From the NCBI RefSeq assembly GCF_030028105.1, contig NC_092395.1:43676459-43740458 (forward strand): a DNA stretch of 64,000 nucleotides, read 5' to 3'. Every line of letters begins with the position of its first letter. The stretch's first letter is position 1. This document shows positions 39,625 through 51,099 of the stretch, piece after piece. The position numbers and the translations under genes are program-made. The notes under the pieces are model-generated. The model made no database searches. It had not been told where the DNA came from and saw nothing but the letters and a program-made list of their open reading frames with translations. This stretch comes from Mobula birostris (lineage: Eukaryota).

Positions 39625-40760
39625 TTAAGTGGTGATAGATCTGATAAAGCATCCTGGATACCATCTTCCCACCAAACATTCTTTCTATTGATGTTTCCTC
39701 GGGTTCTCGATCTTCCCTACAAGGTTCACTGGCTGAATGACTTTGTCCATGAGAATTCCTTTCCTAGTCTTCCCTTCTTCATGTAGCTTTCCAATAGATG
39801 TCTGAAATACTCTGTACAGTCCTGTTGCACCTCTTGATCAAATCATGGAGGAGAAGGAGCTTTCAACAAGCTGCTGGGAGAGCTGGCAGGTCACTCCCTA
39901 TGTTCTAGGAAAGCAAATAACCATTGAAGTTTCATCATTAATGACTGAATCACTCTCCTTCAGTAGCATAACAGCACGCCTGCAGTCAGAAGCCATGAAA
40001 AGGATCTGAATGACACTGTTCATGAAGCAGGTATTGCCAAGATCTGCCAGTCCTGTTTTTCCTGTATCCGATCTTGTAGCACGTCTTGCGAACAAAGGTT
40101 CCACTGCCTTTTTGTAACATTCAGACATTCTGATTGAGCAGCTGCTTTTGCTTTTCCTCACATGGAATTGGAAAATCCTTTATTACTTCTCTGACAGGTT
40201 CAGAAAGATCAGGGGAGCCTGAAAACCAGAAGAGCATGCAGTGTACAAGTTCAGATACTTACTGTTGACAGCTTCTAGCAAATTAGGACATTTCTTTGGA
40301 GAGTGACATTATTAATCTGGGAATGTGAGGAACAACCACGTGAAATGCTTTGATGAATGCTGGAACCAATGGCATGCATTTCAGCACAGCAACCCACTCC
40401 TGCTCTGACAACTGGGAAAAAACAGCATTGAGAACACCTGTTCTATTATTGAAAGTGTAACTTCAATCAAAATGCTGAACTTTTTCCACAACAGCCAAAA
40501 CTTTCAGTAAACCAATAATTCACCTATCTATGTCATTGGGTAGTGTCATTCAAAGCCATTCGATCATATCGGTCAAAGCTGTTGTCATCTCAACATCCAT
40601 GATGCAATCATCATTCAGTAACTTTGGACCCCAACCATGATTTCCAAAAGCACATTCTGATCCACAGTGGTCAATGCATTTGATGACCCATCAAATACAC
40701 AGACTCCTTTTGGAGTTGTGTATCACGCAAATGAATGAACTTTGCAGATAACTCAGACAT
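39625..40760 (-). pseudogene. USP35: Intronless, truncated retrocopy of a USP35/USP38-subfamily deubiquitinase (closer to USP35)
   Basis: Collinear peptides LPCL, MTTALTDMIEW, FSILIEVTL, LVHCMLFWFSGSPDL, SDTGKTGLADLGNTCFMNSVIQILFMASD (Cys box), LFAFLEH, QQDCTEY, LHEEGK and IERMFGGK, with many stops and frameshifts and no introns. Confidence 0.85.
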
Positions 40761-40764
40761 GGCA

Positions 40765-41175
40765 ATGTACTGTTTATCGTAGAGAGGTTCTTTTGCAGCT
40801 TATAAACTACCTCCAGTATCCAGGGAGTGCCCTTTTCTCCCTGATCCCATCAGGTAGGAGGTTCAGAAGTCTGAAGGCATACACTCAGCGATTCAGTAAC
40901 AGCTTCTTCCCCTCTGCCATCCGATTCTGAAATGGACATTGAACCTGTGAACACTACCTCACTTTTTTAATATATATTATTTCTGTTTTGCATGATTTTT
41001 AATCTATTCAATATACGTATACTGTAATTGATTTACTAATTTATTTATGATTATTGGTATTATTATTATTTTATTTATTTTTCTTCTATATTATGTATTG
41101 CATTGAACTGCTGCTGCTAAGTTAACAAATTTCACAACACATGCCAGTGATAATAAAGCTGATTCTGATTCTGAC
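40765..41175 (+). mobile_element. Rex1/L2-like LINE 3' tail
   Basis: SALFSLIPSGRRFRSLKAYTQRFSNSFFPSAIR followed by a (ATTCTG)n tail. Confidence 0.7.
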
Positions 41176-41399
41176 ATCTTACAAGAACATGCTTTACAGA
41201 AGTTGAATGGTAAGACAGCACCATAACATAAAAAATCATGTCCATATCTTTTTAATCCTTTCTTCAACCAATATCTTTTATACTTCAATTACATCAAGGT
41301 TCAGATACAACAAAACTCAACTTTTTCCATCACTTCCATGAAAAGTTACGAGTTGAAATCATCCTTCAAATAGTTATCTCACAGACATAGAGAGGGAAG

Positions 41400-42615
41400 A
41401 CAGTGCCACCAGCCACAAGGTAGTAACTCCATAACTACCAGAATATTCCTCCTCAGCTTGCGTCTCAGGAGTGGACAAGGCATAGAGCCTCTCAGGGAAG
41501 GACACATACCAGATCGTAAATTGACGGTGCAATCAGAGTCGCTTTGTGGGGAATCCTAGTTGCTCTCTTCTTGTTGAACACCTGCAACAAATCTGAATAC
41601 TCTGAAGGCACTCCAGAAAACTGCGTTGCCAGTCTTGAGGAGACAGGGAGCAACTCAACTGATGACTTGGCGCATCTCACGGGAGGTCGCTCGTTAATTC
41701 GGGCAGGCATCTTGGAAACTCGGGAAGGTGTATCAGAACCTCGGTACCTCCAGGAAGGCACTTGTCCTGGCTTAAGCTCAACCAACCCTGAATGGTGGAG
41801 AAACCCAGTGACTCTAAGGATTATGAAGGTGCAACCACAGATAACCAAGGATTAGGGGAATGTCTGGAAAATGAATAAGATGGAAATTAATCATCTTTTC
41901 GTGATTTCCGATAGTCAACTGGAGAGTGATGGAAGATATAGGATTTGTCCAGCTTCTAAAGCAACTACCCACGGCCGTAGTAGATATCAGCTGGTCAAGC
42001 CGTCCCTGAGGATCGGGATTTTTTATACCAACCCTATCTCCAAAAAAATTCCTGCCAAACCAGAGGCAACCAAGGCTCACACAGAATGTGATGTTTCCCC
42101 AAGATATTTAAGGATGGTAAAACAACTCCAGAACTTGCCAAAATGAGAGAGAAACTTGAGATCATCACAGATCTCCTGCTCACTGGACAGTCCTAGATGT
42201 TTTCTTGACAACTTGGAACAGGTCACTTAGAAATCACCGGCATTACCACAGAGTAAGCAACACCTCTACCTCATACGTTCCTCTCACTCTGCTGGAGAGA
42301 CCAGGGTTCTTCCAGGTTGCATAGGTTCTTCCAGAGATGACTGCGAGGATTTGCATTGGTTATCGGATTGAGAAACTGAGGATGGATAGTTCTGAGAACC
42401 GGCCTTCCGGGAGAAATCGGAATTATGACTGTCAATTCTTTTAGTTATGTCAAAAAATTCATCCAAGTCATCTACCTGGTCCCTAGTTAAAAAAATTACT
42501 TTTAAATTGGTCCTTTAATTTCCTCTTGCTCATGTACACTTCTGTTTTTAATATTGAATCGGGGTCAGCAGCTTTGATTGATTGTAGTGTTGGAGTGAGG
42601 ATATGCTGTGTCACG
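41400..42615 (-). mobile_element. Sushi/PEG10-like Gypsy remnant (gag end, protease, RT start)
   Basis: DEFFDITKRIDSH..EEPMQPGR, PLILGYLWLHLHNP and VPSEYSDLLQVFNKKRA motifs. Confidence 0.7.
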
Positions 42616-42702
42616 AGGTTATGAATTGTGGTGGAAGTGTAAAGTTTTGCTGCTGATGATACTCAATGAATCATGTGCTATTTTTGAGATGCTAAATCTG
42701 TT

Positions 42703-43002
42703 GGCGCATGGCCAAGTGGTTAACACGTTCATCTAGTGATTTGAAGGTCGCTAGTTTGAGCCTTGGCTGAGGCAGCGTGTGTGTCCTTGAGCAAGGCACT
42801 TAACTAGACATTGCTCTGCGACGACACCAGTGCCAAGCTGTATGGGTCCTAATGCCCTTCCCTTGAACAACATCGGTGGCACGGAGCGGGGAGACTTGCA
42901 GCATGGGCAACAGCTGGTCTTCCATACAACCTTGCCCAGGCCTGCAACCTGGAAACTTTCCAAGGCGCAAATCCATGGTCTCATGAGACTAACGGATGCC
43001 TA
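42703..43002 (+). mobile_element. tRNA-derived CORE-type SINE
   Basis: A box tggccaagtgg, B-box-like agtttgagcc, CORE-like ccttgagcaaggcacttaac. TSD taaatctgtt (42693-42702) / taaatctatt (43003-43012). Confidence 0.75.
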
Positions 43003-43399
43003 TAAATCTATTTTGAAACTATCCTATCTAGTATGTTGGTTCTACCACAGAATCCAAAAGAGGCAATCTTTGAATTTATTTTTGAATTTTGTCAACATGA
43101 TTGTAGGAAGGATACTCCTCCCATTTACTCTATCAAAGAAATGTATTTGTGGATTGACTAAACTGAGGAGAGATAAGATTTTATCCCATGTGCGTTTCTC
43201 ATGTTTTGCCTGGTAACCATGTCGTTAAGGGATCAGTCAACTCAGTTGTGTTACTGCTGGTTCACTCCTGCTGTTGAATGGCTATCTGATAAACCTAGAT
43301 CTCTCTGAAATATGAGAACATCGCACCAAAACAGGTTCTTCGTCACAAAAACCTGCTGAACATGATACCAAATTAAACTAAACTTCTTCTGCTTGGACA

Positions 43400-44330
43400 T
43401 GGTCAGAAGGGTAGGGAAAAGAAGAGGGTGGCAGCAGTGATCGGGAACTCTATAGTTAGGGGGTCAGACAATGATTCTGTGGATGCAGGAAAGAAACACG
43501 GATGGTAGTTTGCTTCCCAGGCGCCAGGGTCTAGGCTGTTTCTGATCACATCCACGATATCTTGAATTGGGAAGGAGAACAACCAGAGGTCGTGGTACAT
43601 ATTGGTACCAATGACATAGGTAGGAAAAGGAAGGATCCTGAAAACAGACTATAGGGAGATAGGAAGGAAGTTGAGAAGCAGGACCTCAATGGTAGTAATC
43701 TCTAGATTACTGCCTGTGCCATGCGACAGTGAGTATAGGAATAGAGTGAGGTGGAGGATAAATGTGGCTCTGACATCAATTGCTATGAAGTGCTTCGAGC
43801 GATTGGTTATGGCACACATCAACCGCAGCCTACCAGTCAACCTCGATACTTTGTAATTTGCCTGCTGGAGCAACAGGTCAACAGCAGATGTCATCTCTTT
43901 GGTCCTACATTTCTCCTTAGAACACCTGGAGAATAAAGACGCATCTGTAAGGCTCCTTTTCATTGACTACAGCTCTGCCTTTAAAACCATCATTCCAAAT
44001 AAACTGATTCCTAAGCTCTGGAACCCGGGCCTTCGCACTCAGATTTGCAGCTGGAACTTCATCTTCCTCACAGACAGGACCCAGGCTGTAAAAATAGGGG
44101 ACAAGCTCTCCTCTGCAATCACTCTGAGCACTGGTGCCCCACAAGGCTGTGTACTCAGCCCCCTGCTGTACTCACTGTACACCCATGATTGTGGAGCCAA
44201 GTTTCCATCAAACTCAATATATAAGTTTGCTGATGACACCACAATTGTAGGCTGTATCTCGGGTAATAATGAGTTTGTGTACAGAGAGGAAACTAAGAAC
44301 AGAGAGGAAATGGTGCGAAGACAATACAAC
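43400..44330 (+). mobile_element. CR1 ORF1 esterase fragment (~43400-43770) abutting a Rex1/L2-like RT fragment (~43770-44330)
   Basis: VIGNSIV and VVISRLLPVP esterase motifs, then [23 protein letters not shown] and YKFADD. Confidence 0.75.
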
Positions 44331-44937
44331 ATGATTTTACAGTAGTTTGCTGGGGCAAAATGTGTGACTGAGGAAAAGGTAGGTCAGTGTTGAGCACATT
44401 AGCTACTTTGTTTCACAAGAAGTATTGTTGGGTGATAATAAGTTTTATCATTGTTTAAGGACAGTGTAGAAATATGTGGCAAAAATGGTGAAATTGACAA
44501 GTTCTGCATGAAATCAGAAAACAGCACTGTCGCATTTGTCAATGTAATGGAAAAAGTTGGGGAGCGATGCCTGAGTAGGTTTGGAATGAGGATTGTTCCA
44601 CATTGCCAACAAAAAGACTGGCATAACTGGGCCCATGTGAGTACTTATGCTTTTGAGCTTCTTGAGTGTTGTTGAAGCTGTTCTCATCCAGACAACTGGA
44701 CAGCATTCCATCACACAACCTACCTGAACCTTGAAGGTGGTGGACAGGATTTGGTGAGTTAGGAGGTGAGTTACTCGATACAGGATTCCAACCTCTGATC
44801 TGCTTTTGTAGCTGGGTTGTGTATATGGCTGCTTCAGTATCCGGTGAATTGTAACACTCATGGTAGAAAAATACCATTTGGGACCGGGCAATTGTAAGAT
44901 ATCAAAATGTAGGAGATAACGTATCCTGAACACATAA

Positions 44938-45157
44938 ACACAAAATACTTTGCAGATGCCAGGGTCAAAGCAATGCTCACAACACGCTGGAGGAACTCAG
45001 CAGGTCGGGCAACATCTGTGGAAATGATCAGTCAACATTTTGGGCCGGATCCCTTTGTCAGGAGTCCAGACGAAGGGTTCCGGCCCAATACGTTGTCTGA
45101 TCATTTCCACGGATGCTGCCCGACCTGCTGAGTTCCTCCAGCGTGTTGTGAGTATTG
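44938..45157. mobile_element. 220-bp palindromic Penelope-derived mini-element
   Basis: Inverted repeat 44971-45157 centred near 45064. Exact 14-bp TSD tcctgaacacataa at 44924-44937 and 45158-45171. Arms resemble the Penelope-like termini at 10902 and 59396. Confidence 0.85.
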
Positions 45158-45343
45158 TCCTGAACACATAAGGCTTGTAGTGTTATACTACGCAGTAACA
45201 GTTTCTTTGGCCAAACTGGTCCATACCCACCAAGATCTCCGTCCTAGTCTCCATTGGGTCCCATTTGCCATTGTTTCGTCCAGAACATTCTAAACATTTC
45301 CATTCCATGTACCTGTCCAACTTTCTATTAAACGTTGTTCTTG

Positions 45344-48284
45344 GATAGAGTGAGTGGGTGCGTGTGAGTGTGGTTCCCGATTTTTATTGAAAATCTACCT
45401 GTTTATCTTTGCCGTATGCTTGCGATAACTGAGTATTTAACATTGTGAACAAGCCTGGACATTGCTGGACACTGAAGTGGCAAATAAAATGTACCTCCGA
45501 TGTAAAACTGGGGAAAAAGATAGCGAAGCCTCAAGCAAGAAAGCTGATGTTACAGTAATGGTACCGTTGCACGCTGCTGGACCTGGACCTGCGCTACCTG
45601 ATGACCTGGAGAGGCTTCGTTTAGTACTTCTTACTGACATGACGCAAACGGTGTATTCTGCCCTATGAAGCGAACTTGAAGATGCTTTGTCACCGGTTAA
45701 TGTTACCATGGAACAAATTAGGTCTTATTATGAGTCGCATGACGAACACATTCATGAGGTTGAAGATGGCCTGAGTGATTACAGTGACCGACTAGTGAGT
45801 GCCGAAGCCGCTATTGCCACGTTGCAGAGTGAAAACGCATTTCTGAAGGGAAAGCTAGATGACCTCGAAAATCGGTCGCGGAGATCCAGTTTGAGAGTGG
45901 TCGGCATTCCTGAAAAGTTGGAAGGTCCTGTTAAATTTATGACCGAGTTTTTTGATGACGTGCTGGGGACAATTTTTTTTTCCCAAGGCCTCTCATACAT
46001 TCACGTGCTCTCCAAGTCGGACGTAAACCATCCGGTGTCTCTGGAGCCAAGCAAACAAGACCAAGAACGTTCCTGGTTTGCTTTCACTTCTTTCAAGATA
46101 GGCAACGCATCATCAATAGACGGAAGCAGGAGCTGTATTTCCGCGGATATTGCGTGTTTTTTTATGAAGATTTTAGTGCATAGCTGGGGTAAAAATGAGC
46201 AGCTTTCAAGGAGGTGAAATCCCTGCTTTACGGCAAAGGGGACAGGTTCGGCCTCTTGTATCCTGCCCAGCTCCGGGGCATGCATGAAGGTAAAAAGCAT
46301 TATTTCCATACACCAGGGGTGGCCAAAGAGTTTTACCATTCGCGCTGGGGAGAAGAAGAATGAGAAGAGCAATGACTTTTTTTAGGTTATTCATGCAGCA
46401 TTGAAGGGGCCCCCCGCCAAGGTAAACTGTTAATTATCGCAATCCATTTTGTTCATTTTTTCCAGTTTAATTTGTGGAACATGATTGGGTTGAACTGCTA
46501 TGCTGAGGAATCTGATTAACAAAAACTTTTAACCAGCAAAATGTAAATATTTGTGATTTGTATCTTGGGCATTTAGTTTCCTAATTTTTTGTTTGTTTTT
46601 TTTGTGCTTTGCTTGACCTGTCTTATCTTTAGCCTATATATATTAAAGGTAGAATATGTGATTGTATAAATTTTAAGGAGGGGAGCCACCCTAGATTAGA
46701 TTGAAAGTTTGATTGTATGGGGAACGCTTTGGAAGTTTTTTTGTTTGGCAATGCCCGTGATCATCCTCAATTGGGGAGGTAGATCTAGGGTTCAGGGGTT
46801 AATTGGGTTTTTTTGTTGTTTGTGTAAAGGGGTGGGGGGAGTGTTTTGGGGGATTACCAGGGCAGTTTATTCTTTTGTGTGTTACGGATTGGCCAGACTT
46901 TCTTTTCATTGTGCGTTATTGTGTGCAATTTGTGCCCTCGCACTGTTTTGGATTGTAGGCCCTGAGTGTCTTTTGTTATAGTTGACATGACTGCTGCTGA
47001 TGGAGGCCACTCTGTGAGGATTATTTCCTGGAATGTAAAGGGGTTCAATGGTCCTGTTAAAAGAGCTAAAGTTTTCTCTCACCTGAAACAATTAAAAACA
47101 GATATACTATTTCCACAAGAGACATATTTAAGAGTGGAAGACCATAATAGACTTCATAAAGCATGGATTAGTCAGGTTTTTCATTCTAGATTTAATAGTA
47201 GGTCCAGGGGGGTGGCAATATTAATCACCAAAAGAATGCAGTTTACACCATCTGATGTAATCAGTGACCCTAATGGTCGCTTTGTTATAGTCTCTGGATC
47301 TCTCTTTCAGATACCTATCATTTGATAAATGTTTATGCCCCTAATTGGGATAACGTCCACTTTGCAAATAATGTTTTGTCATTAATACCTAACCTGACTA
47401 CACACCAGCTAATCTTTTCAGGATATTTGAACTGTGCTATTGACCCACTGCTTGATAGGTCTAGCTCTAGGGGAACATTTTCTGGTATGGCAAAAGCTTT
47501 CTCGATGTTTATGCAACAAAATGGTTATATAGATCCTTGGAGATTTTTGAATCTATTATTTAGGCAATTCTCTTTCTTTTCTCATGTTCACCACTCCGAT
47601 TCCAGGCTAGACTATTTCTTTATAGATAGCTTCTTGATACCAATGATTAGACAAATTGAATACACTGCTATAGTTATATCTCATCACTTGCCCATGAAAC
47701 TAGACCTACGTTTTCCTCTAAACATTAGAGAATGGCCTCTGTGGAGACTTAACCCCCTTTTGCTTTCTGATGAGAAATTTTGTAGTTATATATCAGCTAA
47801 CATTGACACATTCTTTGAGACTAACAAAACTGAGTCAGTATGGTACTCTTTACTTTGGAAAACTTTAAAAGCTTACTTGAGGGGTCAAATAATATCTTAT
47901 ACTTCATATGCCAATAAAGCGCGGAGGAAGGAAATGCAAGTGCTATTGCAATCTATTTTGGACCTGGATAGGCAATATTCTGAGGCACCCACTGCGGAAT
48001 TATGTAAAAGCCGGGCTGATTTGCAAGTGAAGTTTAATCTTCTATCTATAAACCTATCAGAACAATTAATTTTTAAGACACGTGGCCTCTATTACGAATA
48101 TAGTGACAAGGCGAGCTGGCTTATGGCTCATCAGCTGAAGCGTCAAGCTGCATCACAACTTATTCCTCAGATAAGAGACACACAGATAAACTTGACAAGC
48201 AACCCAAAAGAGATTAATAACATCTTTGCAACTTTTTATTCCTCTCTGTATACCTCAGAGTTTCAAAACAATTCAAAAAAAAAA
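45344..48284 (+). mobile_element. L1/Tx1-clade LINE with 5' UTR, ORF1 and endonuclease, ending before RT
   Basis: ORF1 LKGKLDDLENRSRRSSLRVVGIPE. ORF2 IISWNVKG, NVYAPN, SRLDYF, WRLNPLLL. A10 run at 48275-48284. TSD ttgttcttg (45335-45343) / ttgttattg (48285-48293). Confidence 0.9.
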
Positions 48285-51099
48285 TTGTTATTGTACATGT
48301 CTCAACCCCCTCCTCTGGCAGCTCACTTCACATAGATTGCATGCTTTGTGTGTAAAAAAAAAATTGCCTGACACCAGCCCTCAAACTCTTCCACCTCAAT
48401 CCCTTCTCATCCATGTTGCTGACAGCCAGGTGCAGACCATTGGATTTCACTGCCTGCACAGTTTCTGATGTTCACATCAGCTGTGAAATCTGTATTTCAG
48501 CAGTCTGCTGGAGAATGGGGTGGAATAAATCTGCTGTCATTCCTCTCTCTCCTGACTCCCCAATCACTATCCCATAACTCATCAGCCCACTAGTCTGGAC
48601 TGCAGCTGCTTTTGGCAAAACAGTGCAGAGTAAGTCAGAGCTCACCAGTTCCAAGGCTGCCCAGGTTCCCCCTTTTTCCCATGTACTTCCTACAGAAGCA
48701 GTGGGCCATGCATTGGGAGGATCAGCTCGAGGATGCTCAGGTAGCACGTGAGGGGCCTGGTGCAGTGCTGATATCTCGCAGCTTTAGCGAACTGCATTTG
48801 ATCCTGAGCTTGTCCATGTGATATTTGTATGTTCTCTCTGTGACCATTTGTGTTTCCCAGTGATGCTCTATTTTCCTTGCACAGTGCAGATATGGTACTG
48901 TAGATTGCACCTCAGTGGTATATGTGAGGAGAATAGCTCTGGCATCAATGGAGTTACTCTGTTGGTAGCTGAAATGATCCTAATGTGCTAATTGGCCTCA
49001 TTATCTGTTTTGCTAAATAACAATTGCACAGTTTCTATTGCAATGTTTAATTACTGACATTTTTCAGTGTAAAATTACTACAAATGATAGTTTTTCCTCC
49101 TGTAGAGGGCACTAATATATCACTAACTGGGAAAAGGTTGGTGTGAGAATTCTCTGATGGGATTGTTGGGTCTTGGCCATGACATTATGATTGTTTGGTG
49201 AATGTATTTTCTTTCCCAGGAAGTTGGGCTGTAATGTGTGTGCTGTAGGAAACTGAACGTGAGGTATGTCTAAATATAGTGAATGAGGGAGCAGTCAGAA
49301 AGGTAAACTCTTCCTATAGGCAAGGTTGCTGCTTAACTTGCAGTCAGTATTGTGGGTATTGAAACATCCACACAGCTCCTGATAACTCCACTAAAGATGG
49401 AGTAGTCCGACTCTGTTCCTCGTGCTGGGAAGGAAGATTCCACGAGTGCCTGCCAATCAGATCTGAGCTGCCACTTGGCCATTAATTGAACAGATTAGGT
49501 CAGAATGGTCCAAAGGCTTGTTGTGTGGACCTATTTTGAAGTGAGGTCCAGTATTGCTTCGTCAGGTGAGATCTGTGATCAGTCAGGAATGAAAGTCAGT
49601 GGATTTCCTCATTGATTTATGAGGGAATTAAATTGCTCAGCCCTTTGAACTTACTCTGCCATTCAATAACATTGGGCGTGAGTTAATATCCCATTACTCC
49701 ATGTTCCAGGTAACCTTTCACCTCTTACTGATCTAAAAATATGAATTGAATCTGATTCCACAGCCTCTTGAGAAAGAAAATTGTTCCAAAGGTTTATTTT
49801 TCTCTGAGAGAGAAATAAACTTAGTTTTACATCTGTCCTTAATAGGCAGCCCTGAGTTTTAAACACCAACACCTTGTCCATTGCCATCTTGATAAGTCCT
49901 CTTCAGAAATGGCGATCCAATCAATTTCCCTCTAAGACTTCAAAATTGCATTGGATACAGACCTCACCTTCCCTCACAAGATGATATACTCATCAGAGTA
50001 CTGAATTTAGTAAAAGAGGAGAAAGGAGGTGAGGAAGCAGCATTTCTTCCTGTCGTTGGCAAAACTACTGGAGAGGCAACCTAGGGACAAGATTTAGTTA
50101 CATTTGTAAAAGCATGGGCTTATTACAAAGCATGGGTTTATTGGAGCAGGCTGGCTTTGTGCAGGGCAGATCATGCCTTAAAAAAATGACTGTGGTCTTT
50201 AAGGAGGTGACAAAGGTGATTGATCAGCGTAGAGCAGCAGATTTTGAGTTTGTAAATTTTTGAACAGTATTTGACAAGCTCGCTCAGGAAACCTGATCCA
50301 GAAGATTAATTCACTTGGGATCCGTGATGACTTTGTAGACTAGATTGAAAATTGATTGGCCACGGCAGACAGAGGGTAGTGATGGAAGGGCAATATCCAG
50401 ATTGGAGGACTATGACCAGTGGTGTTCCACATGGATCAGTGCTTGCACCTCTGTTGTTTACAATGTACCATAAATGATTTGGATGAAAATACAGAGTGAC
50501 TGATTCGTGGGCTTGCAGATGGTAAAAGGAATACGGAAAGTGTTAGCAGTGTATCAGATGTGATCTCAGCAGTGCTCCTTTGAACAGAAACACAGAATGC
50601 TGAATTGAGATAAGCTACTTGGTCCTGATAGATAAGCCACTTGGATTAAATGGACTACATCCTAGGGTTCTGAAAAGGTAGCTGATAAGATTGCGGTGGA
50701 ATTTGTAGTTATTTTCAAGATTCACTGGATTCTGCAATAGCATTGGTGGACTGAAAATTGCAAATGGCAGTCCACTCCTTAAGAAGGGAGTGATTCAAAA
50801 GACAGGAAATTATATCCAGTGGTTGGCAAGGTATTAGAGTCCATCCTTAAGGATGAGCTTTTGGGGTACTTGGAGACCCTTGGTCTGGTTTATGTGAGCC
50901 CCTGCCATAACAGTAACACAATTTGTTTGGCCAGGCTGGTTTCTAACTCTTTTAGTAGGTTTACTGGTCATTGTAAATTGTCCCTTGATAAGGTTATGGT
51001 TAAATCAGGGGTTGCTGGGCTATGTGGGTCGAAGAGCTGGAAGGGCCTTTTCCACTCTGTATCCTTAAATAATTAAAAATAAATAAACTAGGTAGACAG

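Larger units (their letters stand above)
44400..50880 (+). repeat. Segmental duplicate, copy B (expanded by the mini-element and the L1)
   Basis: 44400-44500 matches 19160-19270. 45300-45343 plus 48294-48420 matches 19495-19650. 49600-50880 matches 22450-23700. Confidence 0.7.

Noticed and set aside
42703-42775. tRNA-like sequence
   Set aside because: It is the head of a SINE, followed by a CORE block and tail; it is not a tRNA gene.
43345-43353. Perfect RSS nonamer ACAAAAACC (also GGTTTTTGT at 52572-52580)
   Set aside because: No CACAGTG-like heptamer at 12 or 23 nt spacing. The CACAGTG hits I checked (e.g. 19955, 20904) lack a nonamer.
48612-48821. Short ORFs with GKKGEPGQP (collagen-like) and AVGHALG (metalloprotease-like) words
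   Set aside because: Only three Gly-X-Y triplets, no HExxH motif, and surrounding stop codons.
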